From the NCBI GenBank assembly GCA_029547225.1, contig JAKPPS010000018.1, positions 10,288-74,287 of the forward strand: a stretch of 64,000 nt of DNA. Direction: 5' to 3'. Source of the stretch: a bacterium (lineage in GTDB: Bacteria; Patescibacteriota; Dojkabacteria; SC72; WJKH01). Position 1 is the stretch's first letter. Each line of letters starts with the position of its first letter. A program made the translations under genes and the position numbers. Shown here piece after piece: positions 1 through 7,765 of this stretch. The notes beneath the pieces are model-generated. The model did no database searches, was not told the origin of the DNA, and was given only the letters and a program-made list of their open reading frames with translations.

Positions 1-1464
1 AATTTGTACAACTCTACAGGTAATGCAAAAGAAGATTTCCCATGTACATTTCTCCCTGCTGAAAGATCACTAGAAAAGAATTTACAATTCAGGAGTTATG
101 AATTAATGGGTAAAATTGCAAAATCATTTAATGAAAAGGCTAAAAGTAAAAAAATGGTTATCGAAGCAAAGTTTGGAGAAGTAATGGAATTATTAAATGA
201 GGTGGAAGGTTTTGTAGATTTCAAAAATGATTTTGTAAATTACTTTAACGCCATGCAAGCAGATACTCCATACAAACTCAAGGTTGATTTCAAAGCTTTC
301 TCTCCATTGAACTATTTTAAGACTATAAATATTCTTGCCAATGACTCTAGTATTAATAGCGAGTATGATATTGACATTGATGAACTTGGTGAGGGAAATA
401 AAAGTTTGTTGTTATTTGCATTATTAAGAAGTTATGCAAAAAACTTTAAACAAGATGCAACAGGTATTCTAGCAGTTGAAGAACCTGAGATATATTTACA
501 TCCTCAAGCTAGAAGGCACTTGTTTGAGTTGCTCTTTGAAATAGTCAAAGATTCTAATATCCAAATAATATACACAACACATTCACCTGACTTCTTAGCA
601 ACTGAGAAATTTGATTCAATAGGGCTTGTAAGTAAAGATCCTAATAATGGAACCCTCGTTAAGATTTTATCGAAAGTGGATCTAGTAAAATTTTCAAAAC
701 TAACAGGAGTACCAGCTGATAAAACAACAACAAGTAATATTTCTGAATTTTATTCTACAACATCAAACTTTCGTCTGAATGAAGGATTCTTCGCAAAAAA
801 GTTATTCTTAGTCGAGGGCGAAACGGAAGAACTTTGTTTCCCTATTTTATTTAAGCATTTTGGAATAAATACAGATTCTTCGGGAATTAGTTTTGTTGCT
901 GTTAACGGAAAAAATCAAATACCCAAATATTGGAGACTTTTTAACTCGTTTGGAATTCAAACAGAAATTGTTATAGATAATGATGATGATGTCACTGGTA
1001 ATAAAAGGTCTAGTAACAACAATATTGCATCTTGTTTTAATACAAGTGTCGACGAAATTTTAAATATTGAAGATAACAAAAGCCTAAAAGTCCTACAATG
1101 TAATAAGGAAGGAGTATTTAATCAAAACATCTTTATACTTAAGACAGATTTCGAAACTGCTTTTCAAAAAGACTTAGAAAAATATTGTGAAGAAAATCAT
1201 ATCGACAATAAATATCAAAATATATTAGATGAAGCAATTGATATAATTAAACCTGTTAAAAAATCTCAAAAAGGACAAGTAGCACGATTTATAATAAACC
1301 GCATTTTTAATAAGTACCCAAACTTCAAGCCAAGTTTTGTAAAATCTATACTTGATAATATAGATTTACGTTTAGGGGGTCAAAGTTCTCAAGTTTCAAG
1401 TGAGGATAAACCAAACGTTGATGGATTACCTTATAATGAGCATAATATAGGAGATCCCCAATGA
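1..1464 (+). CDS. OLD-family ATP-dependent endonuclease (C-terminal half of ABC-type ATPase + TOPRIM domain); 5' end cut by window edge
   Basis: The frame is open from nt 1. ABC-like signature, Walker B and H-loop are present (DELGEGNKSLLLF, GILAVEEPEIYLHPQARRHL, IIYTTHSPDF), followed by TOPRIM motifs LFLVEGETEE and EIVIDNDDD. The Walker A is expected upstream of the window. Confidence 0.75.
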   Translation, partial: NLYNSTGNAKEDFPCTFLPAERSLEKNLQFRSYELMGKIAKSFNEKAKSKKMVIEAKFGEVMELLNEVEGFVDFKNDFVNYFNAMQADTPYKLKVDFKAFSPLNYFKTINILANDSSINSEYDIDIDELGEGNKSLLLFALLRSYAKNFKQDATGILAVEEPEIYLHPQARRHLFELLFEIVKDSNIQIIYTTHSPDFLATEKFDSIGLVSKDPNNGTLVKILSKVDLVKFSKLTGVPADKTTTSNISEFYSTTSNFRLNEGFFAKKLFLVEGETEELCFPILFKHFGINTDSSGISFVAVNGKNQIPKYWRLFNSFGIQTEIVIDNDDDVTGNKRSSNNNIASCFNTSVDEILNIEDNKSLKVLQCNKEGVFNQNIFILKTDFETAFQKDLEKYCEENHIDNKYQNILDEAIDIIKPVKKSQKGQVARFIINRIFNKYPNFKPSFVKSILDNIDLRLGGQSSQVSSEDKPNVDGLPYNEHNIGDPQ

Positions 1465-4160
1465 CTAATGTAGATGACCAAATAAAGGTTTCAAACGATG
1501 CAATTTGTAAACTAATTGACAAAATTGATACTGAAGATAGGGGTTTTTTATCACAGAATATTCTTGATAAATTACGAACTTTTGTCGAAGCAATAGCTGT
1601 AAAAGCTTCGGGCGAAATTGAATATCGATATGATATCTTTGATCAAAAGGCAAAACACTTTATTACTACTAAGGCAAACTTACAGTTTTTACGAAAATTT
1701 CATCAATTCTTACAACAAACACTCTCTCATTACCTCCCAGATGAGGAAAATTCAGAAAGGTTAATGCTTAAATATTATGAATATTTGTTAAGTGTAAAAT
1801 CTTTTCTGAAATCAGAGTATGGACTAGATGTACTGCACAATATTTATCATTTTCCAATTACTCAAGATTCAGCTCTTTTGGAATATTATAAAAAAATTTC
1901 GGAAAAAATTAATATTCCAATAATAGCAAATAGCGAGAGTAAATATAGTGATCGGTTTTATATTAAAAAAGTAAAACCATTTTTCGTTAATGAGTCTATC
2001 TACTACGAGATTACTTTTACAACTGCAATAGATAATGTGAGTAAGTTTGAACGAGTAATTGCATTTAGTAAGTTTGATATTTTACCTAACTATGCTGTTA
2101 GATTAAAAATTAGAAATGAAGTAATCGAGGTATTAGGTAAAAAAATGCCGATACAAATAATTGATGAATGGCAAGTGTCAATAAGACCTTGCGAATTAGA
2201 TCATTTTGCAGATGTATTTGGTTCACATTCAAAAATATCTGCTGGATCAAAAGAATATTATAACCTAATGCAATTGATGACCAGATCGGGTTTAAATTTA
2301 ATTGATGTTATTCGCCTTTCAGATGAGTACTATGCTCGTTTTAAAAAAGTTGCACTAGTTGGAGCTCAGACATCACATTTTTGGGAAATTCTTGATAAAT
2401 GTCGTGATATTGTGCAGAGAAATCTTGCTGGCAGTAACGTCTTAAGCTACTTGTTATACAGTTTGAATAACAAAGTAATAAAATTGCAATCCAACAACGC
2501 ACCATGTGAAAAACTATCCAATCTATTTTTACAATGGGGTTGCATACCATTTGATAATATACCGTTTAATACTTCACTAATAGAACATAATCCGAGACGG
2601 CAAGATCTTCTAAACTGTGTTGAATGTTCGAGTCGAAAGCACGAGCTATTTGCCAATTATATAAAAAATAATACCGAACAAAATGGAATTCTTTATACCT
2701 CTAGAAATGACTTAACAGGTTTTGAGAATGTTGATGATTTAATCGAGATTTATAATAAGAAACTGTATTTTAAACACATAGAAAAAAGAAAAATTTGTGA
2801 CTATAAGGGAAATGTCTATATATGCGGTTATGAAACAGATACCCTACATATTATTGAAAAGCTAAAAGAACTTTCTAAAAATGGTATTAAAAATTACTCT
2901 AATTCTATAGATAAGTGGCTTCAATCACCTGAGAATATTGTTGATTGTGATGAAAAGGTCTCCATATTAAAACAAATATTTGAAAACTCGCATGTTGCTA
3001 TGATATATGGTTCAGCAGGTACAGGTAAAACTACTCTAATTAATCATATATCCACCTTTCATAAAGACTTTCAGAAATTATACTTAGCGAACACAAATCC
3101 TGCAGTAGAAAATTTAAATCGGAGAATTACCGCTGGCAATTCTAAATTTCAAACGATCACTAGTTTCTTAAGTAAACGAAATGAAGATGTTTCTTTTGAT
3201 TTATTATTTATTGATGAGTGTAGTACTGTAAGTAACGCAGATATGATCGCTGTGTTGAATAAGGCAGACTACAAACTTCTAGTTTTAGTTGGAGATATCT
3301 ACCAAATAGAATCGATACTTTTTGGTAATTGGTTTGGAATTGCAAAGTCATTCTTACCAAAAACATCGGTATTCGAATTAACAAAACCATATCGTACCAA
3401 CAATATTGTTCTTCTTGAGTTATGGGATAGGGTTCGAAATATTAAAGACAATATATTAGAGCATATTACCAAAAACAATTTATCTACAAGATTAGATTCA
3501 ACAATTTTTGAACGTTCCGATGATGACGAAATAATTCTATGTCTGAATTATGATGGATTATATGGTATTAATAATATCAATCGATTTCTACAAGAAAGTA
3601 ATCCTTCAGAAACTATTCGATGGGGTATTCATACATATAAGATTGGCGATCCGATACTTTTTAATGAATCCAATAGGTTTAAACCATTGATTCATAATAA
3701 TCTTAAAGGAAAGATTGTTAATATAGTTTTAGAGAAAGAAAAGATTATTTTTGATATAGAAATCGACAAATCAATTAATGAGCTAGATCTTTTCGATCTA
3801 GATTTAGAACTGCTTGGTGAATCAGATACAGGTAAATCGATTATCAGATTTTCCGTAGAAAAGTTACAAAGTACAGATGAAGATAATGACTCCTCGGTAA
3901 ATACTGTTCCATTTCAAATTGCATATGCAGTGTCAGTTCATAAAGCACAAGGGCTAGAATACAGCTCAGTGAAGGTCGTTATTACAGATGAAACGGAAGA
4001 AATGATCACACATAATATATTCTATACAGCGATTACTAGAGCTAAGAATAAACTTAAAATTTTTTGGACTCCAGAAACTGAGAAAAAGATACTTGAAAGT
4101 TTAAAACACAAATTTAACAAAAAGGATTTATCACTACTTCGGGAGAAATTTAAACTGTAA
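1461..4160 (+). CDS. SF1B-type (RecD/Dda/Pif1-like) DNA helicase with ~500-aa uncharacterised N-terminal extension
   Basis: 899 aa. Helicase motifs occur only in the C-terminal ~400 aa: IYGSAGTGKTTL, LLFIDECSTV, LVGDIYQ, KPYRT, AVSVHKAQGLEYSSV, YTAITRAKNKL. Walker A to DE box is ~65 aa. The ATG overlaps the upstream stop (ATGA), with AGGAG 7 nt upstream. Confidence 0.8.
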   Translation: MTNVDDQIKVSNDAICKLIDKIDTEDRGFLSQNILDKLRTFVEAIAVKASGEIEYRYDIFDQKAKHFITTKANLQFLRKFHQFLQQTLSHYLPDEENSERLMLKYYEYLLSVKSFLKSEYGLDVLHNIYHFPITQDSALLEYYKKISEKINIPIIANSESKYSDRFYIKKVKPFFVNESIYYEITFTTAIDNVSKFERVIAFSKFDILPNYAVRLKIRNEVIEVLGKKMPIQIIDEWQVSIRPCELDHFADVFGSHSKISAGSKEYYNLMQLMTRSGLNLIDVIRLSDEYYARFKKVALVGAQTSHFWEILDKCRDIVQRNLAGSNVLSYLLYSLNNKVIKLQSNNAPCEKLSNLFLQWGCIPFDNIPFNTSLIEHNPRRQDLLNCVECSSRKHELFANYIKNNTEQNGILYTSRNDLTGFENVDDLIEIYNKKLYFKHIEKRKICDYKGNVYICGYETDTLHIIEKLKELSKNGIKNYSNSIDKWLQSPENIVDCDEKVSILKQIFENSHVAMIYGSAGTGKTTLINHISTFHKDFQKLYLANTNPAVENLNRRITAGNSKFQTITSFLSKRNEDVSFDLLFIDECSTVSNADMIAVLNKADYKLLVLVGDIYQIESILFGNWFGIAKSFLPKTSVFELTKPYRTNNIVLLELWDRVRNIKDNILEHITKNNLSTRLDSTIFERSDDDEIILCLNYDGLYGINNINRFLQESNPSETIRWGIHTYKIGDPILFNESNRFKPLIHNNLKGKIVNIVLEKEKIIFDIEIDKSINELDLFDLDLELLGESDTGKSIIRFSVEKLQSTDEDNDSSVNTVPFQIAYAVSVHKAQGLEYSSVKVVITDETEEMITHNIFYTAITRAKNKLKIFWTPETEKKILESLKHKFNKKDLSLLREKFKL

Positions 4161-4170
4161 CAATTGGGAA

Positions 4171-5256
4171 ATGAATTATATTGCGAAAAGTAGAAAATAT
4201 TATGAAAATCGATATGATCTATACACTATTCAACTTTGTTTGCAAACTTTACAACCCGAAACAGATGTTCCACTCCCCAATCAAGAACTTATGCCACCTG
4301 ATACTGTAAATTCTATCAAAGAAAATTTTGCTGAACTAATTAACTACTTTAAAGCAGGAGAAAGATATCGATCAAGGCAGGAAACGATTGATAAGTGGAT
4401 TGCTGAGGATCAAAGTAAGGAAGATTATTTTAATAAGGCATTAGACCCCTCACCTGTCTTGTGCAACAAGTGTTACAAAACAATGAGGTTGATAGACAAG
4501 GATTTATTTGACTTCCTAGATAAGCCATTAAGAGTCCTATTTATGTTCGAGTGTCCTACATGCAATTGTAGAAAAGCTATTTACGACAATGGTGAAGAAT
4601 ATAAATCAGAAAACAAAATATGCCCAAAGTGTAAGTCTAATCTAAATACTAAGTCCATCAAAAAGAAAAAAATCATTTCAGTAGTTAGTACCTGCACAAG
4701 TTGTGATTACAAGGACAAATACGAAATTGATCTCAATGTCGACTCTTCAAAATACGAAAAAGAAGAGCTTCAGAATAAAATACTACTGGAAAAATACAGG
4801 GAAAAGTATTGTTTAACGCCTGAAGCAGGACAAGAATATATTATCAGTAGTAATCGAACAAAAGATTATTTAAATCATCGATCAGAAGAACAAGTTAAAG
4901 CAACCGATCCTGTTTGGCAGAAAGTAAAAGAGATTAAGAAACTTTCAATCCTAGAAATTGAAACAAACTTAGTTAAAGCACTTGAACCACTAAAATATAT
5001 TCGTTTTAGTTTAGATAAACCCGAAATTGAAAAATTCCTAACAGTAAAATTTTCAGTTCAAGAAGCTGATTTATCAAGAAGTGAGTATGATAGTGTCCAT
5101 AAGCTTCAAAAAGCTATAAAATCTGTTCTTGAGGATACTAATTGGAGATTAATGTCTGAAGGAATTTCATATCGTTTAGGATACCTTACTGGTCGTTTAA
5201 AAGGTTATGAAAGAGAAGACGACCTACATGAGCTTCTGAAAAGAACTAATTCTTGA
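4171..5256 (+). CDS. Multi-zinc-ribbon protein of unknown function
   Basis: 361 aa. Four CxxC pairs (CNKC, CPTC, CPKC, CTSC) are arranged as two zinc ribbons, followed by a ~170-aa C-terminal region with no motif I can assign. It starts 10 nt after the helicase stop. Confidence 0.6.
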   Translation: MNYIAKSRKYYENRYDLYTIQLCLQTLQPETDVPLPNQELMPPDTVNSIKENFAELINYFKAGERYRSRQETIDKWIAEDQSKEDYFNKALDPSPVLCNKCYKTMRLIDKDLFDFLDKPLRVLFMFECPTCNCRKAIYDNGEEYKSENKICPKCKSNLNTKSIKKKKIISVVSTCTSCDYKDKYEIDLNVDSSKYEKEELQNKILLEKYREKYCLTPEAGQEYIISSNRTKDYLNHRSEEQVKATDPVWQKVKEIKKLSILEIETNLVKALEPLKYIRFSLDKPEIEKFLTVKFSVQEADLSRSEYDSVHKLQKAIKSVLEDTNWRLMSEGISYRLGYLTGRLKGYEREDDLHELLKRTNS

Positions 5257-5392
5257 AAAGCTTTTTATAAATTCCTACAAGTACATATGCTATTAGGTAG
5301 AATGGTAAAAATAATAACCACCCAATACACCCAAAACTTCCAAACCCACTATTCCTATAGATCTTATTTCCTTTTCCTCTTTTATACATCAT
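5246..5392 (-). CDS. Possible small hydrophobic protein (48 aa)
   Basis: Manual translation gives MMYKRGKGNKIYRNSGFGSFGCIGWLLFLPFYLIAYVLVGIYKKLFKN: a basic N-terminus plus one predicted TM helix. It is below the ORF-track cutoff and converges on and overlaps the 3' end of the zinc-ribbon gene by 11 nt. Confidence 0.3.
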   Translation of the reverse strand: MMYKRGKGNKIYRNSGFGSFGCIGWLLFLPFYLIAYVLVGIYKKLFKN

Positions 5393-6038
5393 AATAATTA
5401 CAAGTTTAAATTAACATCGGAGTAATAAGCAAGGAATTTCCAACGATTTTGTAGCTCGGAAACAAACTGCAAAACTTTGGAAAAAAGTTCGTAACGCGTC
5501 CTGTCTCCCCGATGTCTATGAGTGTAACGAATAGGAACAGAGAAAGACCGGGTAGAAGTGGTGATTTGTTTGTCCTCACACATAAATGGTTGTAAAAATT
5601 TTTTTGAATTTCATTGTGCTTTTTACTTCATTATTTAAATGAATATGATTGGGGAATATGTAATAGTGTCACCCCGACCAGTCTTGACAACAGTATAAAT
5701 TATCTCGAAGGACTGCATTCAATCACCCACGGATGATGACAATTTGAACGGAAGGATAAAGGATTAAAAGTATGAGTTCTATGAGGTTCATCTGGATATC
5801 CGACTGCATCATGTAGTAATCCATATGGGTTTTTGCGAAATCATCATCTGTTAGAATATTATGTCAATAAAAGTTATACTATCTGCATGGGAAAGACTCC
5901 AAAAATTATTGAAATTATTAAAGAATGTCAAAAAATTAATTTTGAATCATTTGAATTATTTTTTACAAGTGAGATAAAAGAAACAGACATCAAGCCCTAT
6001 TACTGGAATCATTATGTCGAAAGCTATATATTGTGTAA

Positions 6039-6076
6039 GGGTCTTGTAAAGATTAGAGAGGATTTTGACTCAACTC
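6039..6076. repeat. IS terminal inverted repeat (left, 38 bp)
   Basis: GGGTCTTGTAAAGATTAGAGAGGATTTTGACTCAACTC matches the reverse complement of 6630-6670 apart from an internal indel and mismatch block. Confidence 0.7.
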
Positions 6077-6559
6077 TCTCATCAGTACTTTGTACATATT
6101 ATCACTCCTGTGGTTAAAACGCCACTCAGATTCTTTTAGATGTAAAATGAACTTATTTTTAGGTACTCCATTAAATTGTGATATCCTTCTTTTAGCATAA
6201 CTCCAAAAACTCTCAATTCCATTTACATGATTTTTACCACGAGCAAATTCATTCTTTGAATGGAATATTCTGTAGTGCTTATATCCATTTAAAACTAAAC
6301 TGTCATAGCTTGTCCATCCGTCTGTATATATCGTACTTTCTTCAAGTATTTTGCCTTTGATTATCGGCATTAGCTGCTTTCTCTCACAGTTTTTAACTAT
6401 CACCCTATATACTTTTCCATTGCGTTTTAACAATCCAAATACAGGAACTTTTCCTCTTGCTCCACGTCCTCGTTTACCCCTGATTCTCTTTGCTCCAAAA
6501 TATGATTCGTCGGCTTCTATTTCTCCTGATAACTTCTCTTCGTTTTCAGTTAATTTCAT
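6053..6559 (-). CDS. IS1595-family DDE transposase (short form, catalytic domain only)
   Basis: 168 aa. Typical IS1595/ISXO2-like catalytic run: EADESYFG, GKRGRGA, VFGLLKRNG, IYTDGWTSY, NGIESFWSYAKRR (a D-D-E plus K arrangement). There is no N-terminal zinc-ribbon region. Confidence 0.85.
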   Translation of the reverse strand: MKLTENEEKLSGEIEADESYFGAKRIRGKRGRGARGKVPVFGLLKRNGKVYRVIVKNCERKQLMPIIKGKILEESTIYTDGWTSYDSLVLNGYKHYRIFHSKNEFARGKNHVNGIESFWSYAKRRISQFNGVPKNKFILHLKESEWRFNHRSDNMYKVLMRELSQNPL

Positions 6560-6629
6560 AATTATAACCGGAGCTTTTGGTATATGTTTGAAATTGTTAT
6601 TCTTGATACTCCCGTCAAGTTACTTGTCT

Positions 6630-6670
6630 GAGTTGAATCAAAATCCTCTGTAAAATACCTTACAAGACCC
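6630..6670. repeat. IS terminal inverted repeat (right, 41 bp)
   Basis: The reverse complement reads GGGTCTTGTAAGGTATTTTACAGAGGATTTTGATTCAACTC. Confidence 0.7.
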
Positions 6671-6736
6671 AATTCAAAATATAATAACTTAAAAAAGATA
6701 AACTAATACTTCAATAAAACAAATTTGCATCGTAAA

Positions 6737-6745
6737 TGATATAAT
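6737..6745 (+). promoter_or_regulatory. Extended -10 promoter (TGATATAAT) of the methyltransferase gene
   Basis: TGATATAAT lies 10 nt upstream of the ATG at 6756, with no Shine-Dalgarno between them. Confidence 0.45.
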
Positions 6746-6755
6746 CAAATAACTT

Positions 6756-7625
6756 ATGGAAAAATATCAAAATAAAACTGGTTTTTCAATTTCGCAAAAT
6801 TATTATAGAAATAGTGAGAATCTTCGTGCTTTGATTAAAAAAGCAAATTTCACTGAAGACGATATTGTGATAGATATTGGAGCTGGAAAAGGAGTAATCA
6901 CAAAAGAAATACTTAATTATAGTAATAATGTAGTTGCTATAGAGCCTGATAGGGAACTTTTTCAGACCTTAAAAAACAACCTTCAGGATAAAAAAGTAAA
7001 ATTTTTAAACATTGATTTTGATAAATATATTTTGCCTAATAGTAGTTTTAAAACTTTTTCAAATATTCCATTTTCTAAAACAGCAGAAATCCTAAATAAA
7101 CTACTTTCTAGAGGAAGTAAACTTGAAAAAGGATATATTTTCTTGCAGAGTGAAGCGAGAAATAAATATTGCGGTGAACAGGTTGGTTTCAAAAATACGA
7201 TGTTATCAATTATTTATGGAGTAAGATATAGATTTCGAATTGCTCATAGCTTTGACAAACGCGATTTTATTCCAATGCCAAATGTTAATATTGATTTGTT
7301 AGAAATTATAAAAAGGGATGAAGGTGAAATAAGCATTTCTGATTTTGAACTGTTTGAGGATTTCGTTTCCTATATCTTCAATCGATCCAATCCAAATATC
7401 TATGCATGTAGAAACATAATCTCTGAAAAGCAATTTGACCGCTTTGCTCGAGATATAAATCTTAAAAAGAAAAGTAAACCTACTGATTTGTTAATTGCCG
7501 ATTTTGTACATATTTTCAACGTTATCTCTATGACGGAAAAGATAGACATTTTTCGCGGTTATTATAGACAAATGAAACGCGAGCAATCAAAAATAATCAA
7601 GCAAAATCGCACTCGTGCATTTTAG
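6756..7625 (+). CDS. rRNA adenine N6-methyltransferase family protein (Erm/KsgA family, Erm-like features)
   Basis: 289 aa. N-terminal SQNYY (compare SQNF in Erm), SAM motif VIDIGAGKGVITKE, AIEPD, catalytic-loop FSNIPF, and a later DFIPMPNV, collinear with ErmC as I remember it. Confidence 0.65.
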   Translation: MEKYQNKTGFSISQNYYRNSENLRALIKKANFTEDDIVIDIGAGKGVITKEILNYSNNVVAIEPDRELFQTLKNNLQDKKVKFLNIDFDKYILPNSSFKTFSNIPFSKTAEILNKLLSRGSKLEKGYIFLQSEARNKYCGEQVGFKNTMLSIIYGVRYRFRIAHSFDKRDFIPMPNVNIDLLEIIKRDEGEISISDFELFEDFVSYIFNRSNPNIYACRNIISEKQFDRFARDINLKKKSKPTDLLIADFVHIFNVISMTEKIDIFRGYYRQMKREQSKIIKQNRTRAF

Positions 7626-7750
7626 TTTAATTATCCCAAGATATTTTTTGTTGTATGTTGTTTTATTGTTAATAGGTAAAAGGCCTACGATTTTCTTAAT
7701 AACTTTACAAGATGAGAGGGTTATAAAATCCATAATTCGTCCATAAAAAC

Positions 7751-7759
7751 TGGTATAAT
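7751..7759 (+). promoter_or_regulatory. Extended -10 promoter (TGGTATAAT), leaderless-type
   Basis: TGGTATAAT ends 6 nt before the ATG at 7766. There is no SD. Confidence 0.5.
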
Positions 7760-7765
7760 ATCTGT

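Larger units (their letters stand above)
6039..6670 (-). mobile_element. Compact IS1595-family insertion sequence (IS1016-group-like), ~632 bp
   Basis: Imperfect terminal inverted repeats beginning GGGTCTTGTAA flank a single DDE transposase ORF. The blocks GGGTCTTGTAA, AGAGGATTTTGA and TCAACTC are identical in both ends. No clear target-site duplication was seen. Confidence 0.7.

Noticed and set aside
5393-5832. A retron-like or other defence-associated ncRNA next to the OLD cassette.
   Set aside because: There is no reverse transcriptase gene in the window and I could not trace long flanking inverted repeats or a stable structure. It is retained only as a low-interest unexplained region.
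5833-6117. A 94-aa ORF upstream of and running into the IS.
   Set aside because: Its last ~26 codons are IS inverted-repeat and transposase-antisense sequence. The remaining ~68 codons have no motif. It may be a small gene disrupted by the IS, but I cannot support a call.
6351-6653. A 100-aa plus-strand ORF inside the IS.
   Set aside because: It is antisense to the transposase. Its C-terminal similarity to the transposase C-terminus (QNPL) is a by-product of the terminal inverted repeats, not a gene.
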